DNA from: Octopus vulgaris
Taxonomy: Eukaryota
Length of the DNA stretch: 64,000 nt
Direction of reading: 5' to 3'
Assembly (NCBI GenBank): GCA_951406725.2
Contig: OX597820.1
Coordinates: 20,708,001-20,772,000 of the forward strand
The translations under genes and the position numbers were made by a program. The notes below the pieces were generated by a model that saw only the letters and a program-made list of their open reading frames with translations, had not been told where the DNA came from and searched no databases. This document shows, one piece after another, positions 41,115 through 55,472 of the stretch (its first letter is position 1; each line of letters starts with the position of its first letter).

Positions 41115-41668
41115 TGTATATATATATATATATATACCATGGGAGAACCTCATGTCCCACCTTCTATATAAATCATGTGATAAACTTATTGACGCCGGGT
41201 TGAAATTCCAATAAAACCAACCAACCAACCATTTTTTCTCACACAGAATTTCTAACATACAATCTACACCATACACTGTTCATTCATCACATCAGGAACA
41301 ATCATTTTGTTTTGTCGACCAATTTTTTCGGAGATGTTTATATTTATGTCAGTTTGAACTTACGATTTCGCAGGAACTAATAGCACAAATAACAATGTTG
41401 TACCCACCACAAACAAATATTATTCCTACGATTCAACAAGTTCATATAATTAACCCCAAGTTAGCGCATATGATTGTTGCCTTTATACCTTGGCTTATGC
41501 ATTTGAACTGGTCATTGGAAACGCTCCAGAGAAGTTTTTATTTGATCAATCAAAAATGCGAGCACATTTAAGATTTTGCCTAGAAAACAATAAATTTGTT
41601 CTTTTTCCGAAAGTAAAGGTGTTTCAAATGTCTACAAAAACCACAGAAGTCACTCAGTTTCTATTGGA

Positions 41669-42038
41669 TGGAAGCACTCCGTCGGTTACGACGACGAGGG
41701 TTCCGGTTGATCCGATCAACGGAACAGCCTGCTCGTGAAATTAACGTGTAAGTGGCTGAGCACTCCTCAGACACGTGTACCCTTAACGTAGTTCTCGGGG
41801 ATATTCATCGTGACAAGGCCGGCCCTTTGAAATACAGGTACAACAGAAACAGGAAGTAAGAGTGAGAGAAAGTTGTGGTGAAAGAGTACAGCAGGGATCA
41901 CCACCATCCCTGCCGGAGCCTCGTGGAGCTCTAGGTGTTTCGCTCAATAAACACTCACAACGCCCGGTCTGGGAATCGAAACCTCGATCCTACGACCGCG
42001 AGTCCGCTGCCCTAACCACTGGGCCATTGCGCCTCCAC
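41669..42038 (-). mobile_element. SINE family C
   Basis: Reverse complement of 36711-37086. Confidence 0.9.
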
Positions 42039-42238
42039 CTCAGTTTCTATTATCCCTAGAAAGACAACTAAAAATTATAACTTCTTACATGAAAATTCAG
42101 AACAAATTTTATCACCCAATAGGTTCCGTGTTTCAAGTGATTTCGAGCAAAGCCCAAAAATTAGTCAGTAATCTAATGGGAGTAAAGACTCTGTAAACCA
42201 CTTGCCCGAGAAAAACCATCACACTACAGAATAAGTCA

Positions 42239-42520
42239 GTCATAAATTTATCTAAACTGAAACTTTCGTCTGACGATGTCTCGGTCATGGAGCTTGGACT
42301 GAGTTTCTGCCCAAGCACTAAGAATTTTGATAAGAATAAATTAGCTCAAGGGCTATTTCAGTTTGTCCGCCGTCACAAGCTGAAGGAATAGTTTTTTGAA
42401 AAAACTTGTATCGAGGAATCAGAGAACCCTATGCTTACTGAAAATAAATATGATGATGATCGAATCTGGCATAATTAGAGTGAAAAGAATCCCAATTGGT
42501 ATCCAGATAAAGATGATGAA
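42239..42520 (+). pseudogene. Penelope-like element ORF N-terminal fragment
   Basis: Hand translation VINLSKLKLSSDDVSVMELGLSFCP...FVRRHKLKE*FF fits the PLE pre-RT NLS...GLxFxP motif; not in the ORF track. Confidence 0.7.
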
Positions 42521-42804
42521 TGAAACACCCATGTTCCCAGGGATGAATTATTGAGGCCTCTAAGAATTCTGCTCAACACATGGCTATGATACGCCACCAC
42601 TACTCCAGCTCATGATCAGAGATGCGTACGCCGTCAGCCACTAAGGGACATGCTCAGCTGTTTAAGGTCAGGCAACCGACAAGTAAATATGTGGTATTGA
42701 GCAGAATATTTGCTGTAGCCCATCGATTTATACCAAGGCAAAACAATGTACATGATAACACTCCCACTCAGTCAAGATCGGAAGCCATAAGAGCCACTGT
42801 CTGG

Positions 42805-42845
<41 letters not shown>

Positions 42846-44050
42846 CTTCTTCTTCTTCTTCTTCTTCTTCTTCTTCTTCTTCTTCTTCTTCTTCTCCTCC
42901 TAGTTGTAAAAGGAAATCGTGGGCAAACGTATAGAGAAGAAATATTTACTTCATTGAAGCTATGCCTTAGCAACTTCCACTTTGTTCTTCATGGCTCTTC
43001 TGCTCATTCATGTAATGCCCAGGATTTCATGAGCCTTACTCGGATACGATCTACGAACCTTCGAATGTCAATCTCTACTGGCATCAACCCGTGCTTCACC
43101 CTTTTTTTTTTTTTTTTTGACGTTGGCTGTCCTTCACCAATTCCTGGTTCTTATCTCTCTTCCTTTCGTGCATCTCCCCCATCCTCTCCTCTTAAAGTAC
43201 AATTAACAGAATTAGTTGCCTTATTGTCTAGAAACCGAGATGATATCTAGTCTCAACAAGCATAGAGTATTTGTTTTAACGTTCTCAAATAACATTAACT
43301 TATATCATTTCCTGACAAATAAATGATGGCATTTGTTTACGCATTTATAAGTTTAAACAATATAAAGAAAAGTCGAAGTATTCTTTCACTGGAGATTACA
43401 CAGTGTAATAAAAAATATATATACTAAGAAAAATACGAAACAAACATTTCTTTCCTTTCATTACAATAAATTGTGTGTTGTTCTAACGTATTTTACAGAG
43501 ATGGGATGAGACTAACAACTTTAGAATCGTTATTTTTCTCTTGGTGCTATTCAAAGTCTTTAAAAGTAAACAATGCAAAATTTCAGGAAACCATTTTCCC
43601 TGGTGTCTGGAAAAAGTCACAATTTTAGCAAGGGAAAAATCACTAGAGACTAGTCACATACATTTTAATCAAATACTACAAACAATTAAATTAACAAAAC
43701 AAGAATATTTTAAATCAGTAATTAACTGGCAGTACATGACTTATACAGAATTTATATAATTCTGGCATTATACGTAAGTGAAAAAAACAACACTTTTATT
43801 CAATTTCTTAAGCGAAGTAAGACAATGAAACAAAAATATTCAGTCAGAAGTTTATTGATGATGCATAATATGTACAGACTAAAAACAACGTGGTGGCATT
43901 ACTTGAATATTTAATATTTTTAATACTGATAACTGAGTCGAATATTCCAGTGCCTTGTCCAATTCATGTTCCTTTCTTTAACTTTTTCCTGTAACGTTTT
44001 TATTTTGACTCATTCCAAGTGGTGAGAGGTCAGTCACAAACACGAATATA

Positions 44051-44549
<499 letters not shown>

Positions 44550-44589
44550 TTCGTTAGTAAAAAGAACCAGCTATAACACATCGTATATC

Positions 44590-44982
44590 TTTAATCTTTT
44601 ACTTTTTTCATTCGACTGTGGCCATGCTGGGGCACCACCTTAAAGAATTTTAGTCAAACGAATAGACTTCAATACTTGGTATTTTTTAAACGCCTAGCAC
44701 TTATTCAATCAGTCTCTTTTACTGGCCCGTTATGTTATGTGGACATAAAGAAATCAACAACGGTTTTCAAGCAGTGGTAGGGGACAGGGATAAACACACA
44801 CACACACACACACACATACGACGGGATTCTTTCAGTTTCCGCCTAACAGATTCACTCAAAAGGCTTTGGTTGGCCCGAAACTATAGTAGAAGACACGTGC
44901 CCACGCTGTCACACAGTGGGAATGAACCCTGTACTATGTCGTTGCGAAGCAAACTTCTTACCACACAGCCACGCCCGCGCCT
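44590..44982 (-). mobile_element. SINE family A, older subfamily
   Basis: Diverged but colinear with SINE A. Confidence 0.8.
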
Positions 44983-45494
44983 ATATAGTTATAGAATATT
45001 AAATGGTAAACTTAAATAGACACACAGACACTAAGCACAACGAACAAACAAAAATATTTAGTCAGACTTAAGAAAACCAACCTTAAACCTATTGAAAATG
45101 TCCATTCATGTGTGTAAGTCATAGGTCAATGAACTGGCCGTATGTAAACAAATATACAAATAGGAAATATAATACAATGATTAATGATCATCTTTATTAT
45201 CATTCTAGTAAAATTAGAAAAGTTGTTAGATATTTATCCATTTTATTGTATGCAGTTTCGATTGAGCAAATTTTTCAACCAATTTGGTGTGTTTCAAAAG
45301 ATAAACGAACAACAACACTGTAATTCGAAAGTTCCTTAACCTTTTGACGATGAGGAGCGATGCTTGAAGAAGAAAGTGGTTGCGAAATTTCCATTGCGAA
45401 AACCAGAAATTTCGGGAGTATTCCAAAATCTCTTAATTAGTTTGTGAAAATTATTATTACGAGTTTGTAGTATATCGATTACTTTATGTTTCTA

Positions 45495-45896
45495 AAGGCG
45501 GCGAGCTGGTGGAAACGTTAGCACGCCGGGCGAAAGGCTTACCGGTATTTCGTCTGCCGATACGTTCCGAGTTCAAATTCTGCCGAGGTTAACTTTGCCT
45601 TTCATCCTTTCAGGGTCGATAAATTAAGTACCAGTTACGCACTGGGGTCGATATAATCGACTTAATCCGTTTGTCTGTTCTTGTTCGTCCCCTCTGTGTT
45701 TAGCCCCTTGTGGGTAGAAAAGAAATGGGTATTTCGTCTGCCGTTACGTTCTGAGTTCAAATTCCGCCGAGGTCGACTTTGCCTTTCATCCTTTCGGGGT
45801 CGATAAATTAAGTACTAGTTACGTACTGGGATCGATCTAATCGACTGTCCCCGCTTCCCCCAAAATTTCGGGCCTTGTGCCTAGAGTAGAAAAGAT
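45495..45896 (+). mobile_element. SINE family B, two-module copy
   Basis: Head, two modules and tail. Confidence 0.9.
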
Positions 45897-47384
45897 TACT
45901 CTGTTTCTACTTTACATTAATACATATTCCAATGTCCAGTCTTACGTAACCAATGAATTATTCAAAAGAATTTATAATAAGCGAAACATTTATAAACTGT
46001 AATCGTAAACAAACATATAACAGAAAGTGAAACATTATTATTATATATTATTATTGAGTGAGAAAGCAGTGCATGCCATCAAAGTGACACTGGGGTAAAA
46101 TATACGAAGCCCAGTATACCCATTATGACTACCCGTCTGATAAGGATACAATAGGCACATGCATCACAACCATATGTGCGCAACATGGTGATCTTATATC
46201 AAGATAAACAGCGGATGACCTAGCAGATGGGGCCCAGTTAGAATTTTCTTCGGGTCGAGTAACCCATCCCGTTCAAAAGGGCCCTGAATAAGGGTTGTTT
46301 AAGGATGTTGAACGAACCAACTGTTTCAATAACATAACGTACTGAGCAATACAGCAATACAGCCCTACTTCCCTCAAAATTTCTTGTTCCGAAATTAAAG
46401 ATAAAAGGCGACAAGTTGGAAGAATCGAGACTCAACCCGTAACAGCATCGTTTCAAAGAGTGATTGTTAGTCACATTGCCATGCCCGTTGACCTCTTGCC
46501 GAAGCTTATGATCAAAGGTGTTCAAGTCGGGCTATTTCGTCTTTTTTAAACTATGTAAAGTTACATTGTCATTCAAGGAACATTTTCTTTATTTTTTAGA
46601 CCGCATGCAGAGAATGGGGGAGACTTTGGTTGCTATATCTAGCAGGTACGGTGAACACGTAGAGTCTCTCTTTTGTCTCCTGTAGAAATTAAATGTTTGT
46701 TGCTTGTTGCACTTCAAGAAAAAAGTAATAACAAGAAATTTACTGAATAAATGTCAAATGTAAGAAGAATCCTTGAATCACTTTGACTGGAAGATCTTGG
46801 AAGATCTTTTTTTTTCTTTTTACTGGAGAATATTTTCTAATGAAGTATTACCAGTGCGCTTGGTATTCAAGTAGTAAGTTGATGCAAATTAAATTAAACA
46901 ATTGTTTATTTCAAAGAAAAAATATGGTAGCTAAAAGTTTGATGAATGCCTGATTAATAAATAAATGTCAACAAGTACGGGTAGCCAGGAAATTAGCTTT
47001 AGCTTAGTCGTTAACGCGTCGGGAAAAACGCTACGCGGTATGTTCCTTCTATTGACAGGGCTCTGAGTTCAAACTCTGCCGAAGTCAAGTTTACTGTCTT
47101 TCCATACAGAGCCGACAAAATACTGTACCTGATCAAGTCGGTGGATTTACAGAATTATTACAGCTTCGAATGGGATTCTGGTGCACTTTTAGGATTGTCG
47201 TGTGATTGGTCGTTGTGTCACTATTTTTGTGGGTCGATTTGTTGTGAGAAAGATTAAGGTTGCAGTTTTATTAATTGAATGTAAGACTAGGCTGGTTGTG
47301 TATATTACAACAAAACTAAACTCTCGAACATCTAACCGCAGAAATGATAAATGGTTTACGGCAGAAAAGAAATCACTTTAAACT

Positions 47385-47612
47385 TACTATTTTTACTTGT
47401 TTCAGTCATTTGACTATGGCCATGCTGGAGCACCGCCTTTAGTCGAGCAAATCGACCCCGGGATTTATTCTTTGAAAGCCTAGTATTTATTCTATTGGTC
47501 GCTTTTGCCGAACTGCTAAGTTACGGGAACGTAACACACCAGCATCGGTTGTCAAGGATGTTGGGTGGACAAACACAGGCACACAAACACACACACACAC
47601 ATATATATATAC

Positions 47613-47686
<74 letters not shown>

Positions 47687-47891
47687 ATATAGTATCAAAA
47701 AGGGGGTAGAATTAATTAATTGTTAATAAATTCGACCAAGCAGTATTCGGTATAAAGACCATTTACGGTATATTTGAAGTATTAATTTATAAAAATATGG
47801 TAAAGTAAAAAAATTCACTTTACACACCGAACTTTTCAGAAATAGCAGCCAAAAATTTGGCTATTTCTTCAACTGCAAATAAAAGTCTCAG

Positions 47892-47954
<63 letters not shown>

Positions 47955-48221
47955 GACAAACCATGACACCAGTACTAGCGAATCCAAAAATACGAATGAG
48001 ATCATTATTCTCCTGTCTATATATAGATATATATCAGACGCCATGATAGATCGTTAGCCACTACACACATTCTTGTTTTCCTTTTCCTTGTTTTCTTTGT
48101 CCCTTTCTGTAGAAGAGCGTTGGCTCGAAACGTAAAAGACTTTTTCTATTCCTGAGCGTTATACTAATACATCTGTTTGTTTTGTACACCACTTGTCTTC
48201 GTATTTTGTTGTTTTTTTCGT

Positions 48222-48290
<69 letters not shown>

Positions 48291-48453
48291 GACGGGCTTC
48301 TTTCAGTTTCCGTCAACCAAATCCACTCACAAGGCTCTGGTTGGCCCGAGGCTATAGAAGAAGACACTTGCCCAAGGTGCCACGCAGTGGAACTGAACCC
48401 AGAACCATGTGGTTGGTAAGCAAGCTACTTACCACAGAGCCACTCCTACGCCT
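47385..48453 (-). mobile_element. SINE A split at its internal microsatellite by two insertions
   Basis: Tail half 47385-47590, head half 48289-48453; inserts at 47692-47895 and 47952-48225. Confidence 0.8.
48103..48138 (+). ncRNA. Minimal hammerhead-like motif (H6 relative), A6U variant
   Basis: CTTT-CTGTAGA-A-GAGC-GTTG-GCTC-GAAAC-GTA-AAAG. Confidence 0.6.
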
Positions 48454-48694
48454 GTTTATTAAAATAATGTTTGAAGTTGTTTATATGATTGGAGGTATAA
48501 TTATGAAGTGTTCAAGATGTCACGGTTAGAATTTCATCAAATACTTTGCAATTAAAAAATAAGTAGGGGAAAACTTTTTTAAATATAAATAAAGCGGAGA
48601 TCTGCAAAAATAAACATTATTTTCCATCTTACTGTTAGTTTCATTTTGAAAAATAAAAATAGATATTATGGTTTATTATTGTTCATATTTTGGA

Positions 48695-48926
48695 AGACGG
48701 CGAGCTGTCAGAAACGTTAGCACGCCGGGCGAAATGCGTAGCCGTCTGTTGTTACGTTCTGAGTTCAAATTCCGCCCAGGTCAACTTTGCCTTTCAATAA
48801 ATAAACAAATAAATAAATAAATTACCAGTTTTGCACTGGGGTCGATGTAATCGACTTAATCCGTTTGTTTGTCTGTCCTTGTTTGTCCCCTCTATGTTTA
48901 GCCCCTTGTGGGCAATAAAGAAATAA
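48695..48926 (+). mobile_element. SINE family B
   Basis: Head plus one module. Confidence 0.85.
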
Positions 48927-49596
48927 TTATATAGACACCAAAATTATTGTTCATATCTTGATATGCATAGGGACACCAAAAACTTGTAAGCCTCTATATG
49001 GGTCTTAAACCGGCCGTGTGTGTGACCGTGTAAGCTTCGCTGCTCTTGGGCCGCGAGTGCGGCGTCAAGGAACTTACCATTCATTCATTTACAAAGTGCT
49101 TGAAGTTGATTAATTCATCACAGATTTTTAATAATTTCTTTTGCTTATTTGTTTCCCCAATCAAATAATAAACGATGATAGATGTATACATTTTCTATTT
49201 CCGTCTATGTAGTGAACATTACTAACAAACTAATCGTTGGAATTGAAATATTTCTTTTTTCTTATTAATCAGACGCTATGTTTAATATTTTTACGTACGT
49301 ACAAGTTCTTAAGTACACAAGAATAAACATAGCGACAGATGACAAAATGTGTTTTCCAACTCGTATTTTATTTGGATTCTTGTGTAAACTTGGTGAGAAA
49401 CCTCTTATACATTAAAAAAAGATATGTATGTTATCTTTTTCTTTTCTTTTTTTTTTTTGTATCTGAACAAATTTTTAATCTCATCAAAGAGTTTTAAAAA
49501 TATCAACTGCATAAAATCCTCCTCCGCATATCAGAACAGCCATCTTAAGCGTATTTATAAAAACATAGGTAAACACGCACGCACAGACTCACTCAG

Positions 49597-49631
<35 letters not shown>

Positions 49632-49738
49632 CGCGCGCGCACGCACACACACACACATACCTATATATACATGTCTATATATAGATAGATAGATATATAC
49701 ACACAAATACACGCACACATTCATACATACATATATAT

Positions 49739-49820
<82 letters not shown>

Positions 49821-49825
<5 letters not shown>

Positions 49826-49971
49826 GTTACGTTACTCAATAGTCAAAATAAAACTCATAGTTTTATCTTGACTATTGAGTAATGTAACATATTATTTTAT
49901 AGATAAATTTCTTCTATTTACATAATATTGAGGTCTCTTTCTTTCTTTTGTTATCTCACCGTTTTTACCAA

Positions 49972-49972
<1 letters not shown>
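49821..49972. mobile_element. Fold-back H7-related terminus in (TA)n
   Basis: Palindrome 49821-49893 centred on AAACT-CAT-AGTTT. Confidence 0.7.
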
Positions 49973-50057
<85 letters not shown>

Positions 50058-50071
50058 AAACTGTTACATGC

Positions 50072-50250
50072 ATCTACGTATGTATGTATGTATGTATGTA
50101 TGTATGTATGTATGTATGTATGTATGTATGTATGTGAAGATTTGTCTGCTTTATGTATGTATCTACGTATGTATGTATGTATGTATGTATGTATGTATGT
50201 ATGTATGTATGTATGTATGTATGTGAAGATTTGTCTGCTTTATGTATGTA
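50072..50250. repeat. Tandem duplication of a (TATG)n-containing unit
   Basis: ATCTACG(TATG)n-TGAAGATTTGTCTGCTT twice. Confidence 0.9.
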
Positions 50251-50299
50251 TTTTGATGCATATAGTTGCATATCTAGACATGCTCATATTTATTTAAAT

Positions 50300-50828
50300 G
50301 ATAAACTTCTGAAAAGCTTTGAAGATTCTTTCAGTTCCAGTGATATATTGGATCTATAGCCTTCGAATTAGCTTTCGCCTTTCTGGTTTTGAGAAGCATA
50401 ATTTCTCAAGATTGATATTTAGGCAGTGTGATGCATATCCCAGGGCCCCAATAAATACAGGTATAAACCTGAATTTGTAATCTGGATTGAGTAACTGCAG
50501 ATTTCTCAATAGCTCGGCATAGGTGTTCTCTTGTTCACTGATCTTCAGCTTTATGTCAACATCCGCTGGGCAGCTAATTTCCACAACAGTGCACAGTTTC
50601 TCTCCTCTATCCCAAATCATTATATCAGGTCTGTTATGCTTACATTTTATTGAGGTCTTCGCTGGTACATTCCACCAGTATTCCTTTTTATTACGAGTGT
50701 CTATGGCTTCTACCATACTGTGGGTTCTTATTTCTTTGTCTTTGGGATTATCCTTCCGATGGATTTTATTGTAGAGTATCCTAGCTACAGCGTCATGTCC
50801 CATCGGTAGATAGTACCATGATGACATT
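50300..50828 (-). pseudogene. RLE-type non-LTR retrotransposon (R4/Dong-like) endonuclease fragment
   Basis: HDAVARILY, HNRPDIMIWD, VEISCP, IPVFIGALG (PD-(D/E)xK-type). Confidence 0.85.
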
Positions 50829-51120
50829 ATGTATGTACGTATGTATGTATCCATGTATTATGTTTGTAGGTATGTATGCATGTATGTGGAGACCAATTAC
50901 AAGTAGCACATGAATTATATAAGAGATATTGCAAAAGATTTATTTACACTTTTGTTACAGCATGCTTAAGTATAAAAAAAAAAAAACAATTGAAAATGGT
51001 CCAGGAAACGAAATCACAACCTTACTATCACGGGTTCAGCAACCTAACCGCTAAACCACGCATCTCCATTTACATCTCACTCTCTCTCTCGCTCTCTCTT
51101 TCTCCTCTCTCTCTCTCTCT

Positions 51121-51166
<46 letters not shown>

Positions 51167-51185
51167 TATATATAATATAAGATAA

Positions 51186-51362
51186 TATCTGTAAATATAA
51201 TTTGACAATTATTCGGTAGGCATGATAAAACTCCGAGTTTCGGATGTCGGAGTTTTATCATGGCTGCCGAATAATTGTCACATGTTATATTTACGGATAA
51301 ATTCCTCTACATGATATCGAGGTCTCTTGCATTCTTTTGTTGTCTTGCCATTTCTATCAATA
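51186..51362. mobile_element. Fold-back H7 terminus in (TA)n
   Basis: Arms 51186-51236 and 51246-51300 are inverted; matches 35530-35662. Confidence 0.75.
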
Positions 51363-51473
51363 ATATAACATATATATATAATTTGTAGTACTTGGTTCTA
51401 GTCGAAAAATCGAGCACCGGCATTGTTTAAAGTAGAAGACGATATATATGGTTATATATATATATATATATAT

Positions 51474-51880
51474 AGGTGCAGGAGTAGCTGTGTGGTAAGT
51501 AGCTTGCTTACCAACCACATGGTTCTGGGTTCACTCCCACTGCATGGCACCTTGGGTAAGTGTCTTCTACTATAGCCTCGAGCCGACCAAAGCCTTGTGA
51601 GTGGATTTGGTAGATGGAAACTCAAAGAAGCCCGTCGTATATATGTATATATATGTGTGTATGTGTGTGTGTGTATGTTTGTGTGTCTGTGTTTGTTTCC
51701 CTAACATTGCTTGACAATGTTTATATCCCCGTCACTTGGCGGTTCGGCGAAAGAGACCGATAGAAAAAGTACTGGTCTTACAAAGAATAGGTCCCGGGGT
51801 CGATTTGCTCGACTAAAGGCGGTGCTCCAGCATGCCTGCAGTCAAATGACTGAAACAAGTAAAAGAGAGAAAAAGAGAAT
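51474..51880 (+). mobile_element. SINE family A
   Basis: Full head to tail. Confidence 0.9.
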
Positions 51881-52571
51881 ATATATATACACGCACGCTC
51901 ACACACACAATCACACACACACTTGGATATGCATATACACGCATATACATAAATATACATTAAGTATTAGCGATGGACGACGCAGTATTAATACATACAC
52001 ACATACACACACTCATTAAGATGAGTGTGTGAACAAGAGAAACAACATATTCAATTGAAGTTTTAATTAGGTGGTCACAGCTACACGTTATTTTAAGTTT
52101 CGTGGGTACAGACACGCCCCACATCATCGTGTCAAAGGGAAGACAATTTACTACACCAAGTCAGGTAACTTGAACGAAATATAAAAATGGCTTTTCGGTG
52201 GGGAAAATTAACCCTTCCCTCCATTGGTCAGTTCAGATCACGTGGCTGCTTCGGTTGGCTAGAGACAACAGTTAGCTGTCTTATGAAATGCTCCAGTTGG
52301 CAAGACGAAGTTACAGCAGCAAAAGTTAAGACACGTGGCGACCTACAACGTGATAATCGTATGTAATGAAAGAACTGCTGTCGCTAGTTCGCTGAAGCGC
52401 TTCCATGAGTTGACCTGGCCAATAGCGACCTAAATAGACCATAAAGAAGCCATTTAAAAAATACTTTTAAATGTCTCCACACCCTAACTAATAATGTAAA
52501 CGCGTTTTATGCCCAAGAAAGTTTGAAATTTTATGTTGTGCGAAGGTGTGTCAACCTCTCTCACTCTGTAT

Positions 52572-52659
<88 letters not shown>

Positions 52660-52799
52660 AGACAGAGAGAAAGTGTGTGAAAGAGAGAGAAAGAAAGAGA
52701 AAAATACGCACACACATATACACATACAGACACACACATATGTATATAGGAAAAAGGTGAAGCCAGAACTTCTTAGACACTGGCCAACTACCTTCAGTG

Positions 52800-53481
<682 letters not shown>

Positions 53482-53862
53482 ATATATATATATATATATA
53501 TATACAATCTGTGTAACGGCGTTATTGTATATAACATTAATAAAAATATATACGAAAGACATATAAAATAAAATAGCACCCTATTTTGAAAGGTGGGGCT
53601 TCCTTTTCATATAAAATAAAATAACACCCTATTTTGGATCATTTATAAATAATCAAGGTAATATAAATAATCAAGGTAATCCTATACAATACAGTAACCT
53701 GAAAACAGGGTCGAAGGTTTTTTTCTGATGTATATGTAGAAACATAAGACTTTGCTATACGGATTAAGATCCACATAGCTTGGAAAACAAAATCCATTGT
53801 AGCGCTCATCGTTCAAGAGTCAAAATCAAAATTTCAAAAATCAAAAATACAAAATATATACT

Positions 53863-54190
53863 CTATCCATATGGTATATTTATATTCGACATTTTAAATT
53901 TAGCTGCGTGCCTACATAAGTTCATTAGCTCGCTTCTTTGATTCAAAGAATTATTGTCTTTGAATAAGATGTACATTTTTTCTAATAGACAAAGTTTGCA
54001 CTTGAAATTATTTTTGTAAGCTCCATGCCTGTATGGTGCCGCCCTGTCCAGAATGCTCCATGTCACGTTGAAAGCAAAAACGATGTACATTTTTTCTAAT
54101 AGACAAAGTTTGCACTTGAAATTATTTTTGTAAGCTCCATGCCTGTATGGTGCCGCCCTGTCCAGAATGCTCCATGTCACGTTGAAAGCA
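53863..54190 (-). pseudogene. PLE GIY-YIG endonuclease C-terminal half, with 120-bp tandem duplication
   Basis: WSILDRAAPY...CKLCLLEK...LNQRSELMNLCRH. Confidence 0.85.
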
Positions 54191-54194
54191 AAAA

Positions 54195-54430
54195 CGAAAG
54201 CTCCTGTCCGTTAGAAGGGAAATGTCTAGTGAAAGGAGTAGTTTATAGAGCCAAGGTGCAAGTGGAAGGCTCATCAGAATACAAGACATACACAGGGGCT
54301 TCAGAAAATTCATTTAAAACAAGATTTTATTCTCATAAAAATTCATTTCAATACCCAGAGAATAGGAAGAAGACCAGCCTAGCAAAATATGTCTGGGAAC
54401 TAAAAGAAAAGGAAGCCCCACCTTTCAAAA
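54195..54430 (+). pseudogene. PLE GIY-YIG endonuclease N-terminal half
   Basis: CPLEGKCLVKGVVYRA...YTG...FKTRFYSHKNSF...TSLAKYVWELK. Confidence 0.88.
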
Positions 54431-55291
54431 TAGGGTGTTATTTTATTTTATATGTCTTTCGTATATATTTTTATTAATGCACCCATTCTTTTTAAAAAGC
54501 AATGTTTTTTTCAAAAAAAGCAATGTTGTCAAAATTAAAATGTTGATGTAAGTATGTGTATAGCCGAGGATATGTATTTGTAAGCATGCGTATCTGTGTA
54601 TGTGTAAGTGAGAGTATGTTTGTGCTTAAGCACACATATACACGACTGTATGTATGTATCCATACGAACTTGTTTGTATACTTGTCTCCATATATGCCAA
54701 TAACGCCGTTACACAGATTGTATACATAATTTTTTCTTATTTCGTTTTTTTCCCCACCCCTCCTTCGTTCCTTTTTCTCTCTCTTCCTTTCTTTCGTTCC
54801 CCCCTTACTCAGTATATGAGAATCGCTACATACACGATTTTTAACTTGCGTGCGAGATGGTTTTGCGTGAATATATGTACACATGCATTTATGTGTATAT
54901 TTAGATTTATATTCATACGTCTGTATATGTATGGCGTTGGCGCGCATACTTTTTGTGTATGTTGATATATATATGCACATTTTAATAAAAATATGTATTG
55001 CAGTGTAATATTTATAACAGGTTTAATTCCTATGAATTAATTTATACTTTCTTCATTAATGTCAATATGTATTTTATTCAATGTAAGGAATTTTTATTCC
55101 TCGGATTTTATAATTTTTATAATTTTTATAAGCTTTTTTATATATATATACATATATTTTTGACCTTTTTGTTTATCGCTCGAAGATTGACCGTTTTTTT
55201 CTAAAGGGCCAATCAAACAAGTCCATTTCTTTTTAAAGGTGTAGCGTTTGTAAGAGTCTAGATTGAATTGATATATCGGTTCCATTCTAAC

Positions 55292-55339
55292 AAAAACTGT
55301 CTGATGAACGGCAACGAGAAACTCAGAGTAACAGATTTT
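55292..55339 (+). ncRNA. Minimal type I hammerhead (H9)
   Basis: Stem I AAAACTGT/ACAGATTTT; CTGATGA; very short stem II CG-GCAA-CG; GAAAC-T-CAG-A-GTA; predicted cleavage after 55330. Confidence 0.72.
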
Positions 55340-55392
55340 GTTGAATTTTCTGCTGCTTAAAATAAAGTATATATATATATATACATACATAC

Positions 55393-55472
<80 letters not shown>

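Larger units (their letters stand above)
53505..55368. mobile_element. Rearranged Penelope-like element 3' part in (TA)n
   Basis: GIY-YIG fragments, internal inversions and a terminal hammerhead motif. Confidence 0.82.

Noticed and set aside
45226-45426. Possible mariner N-terminal remnant
   Set aside because: Only a weak FRNGNF-like match; too degraded to call
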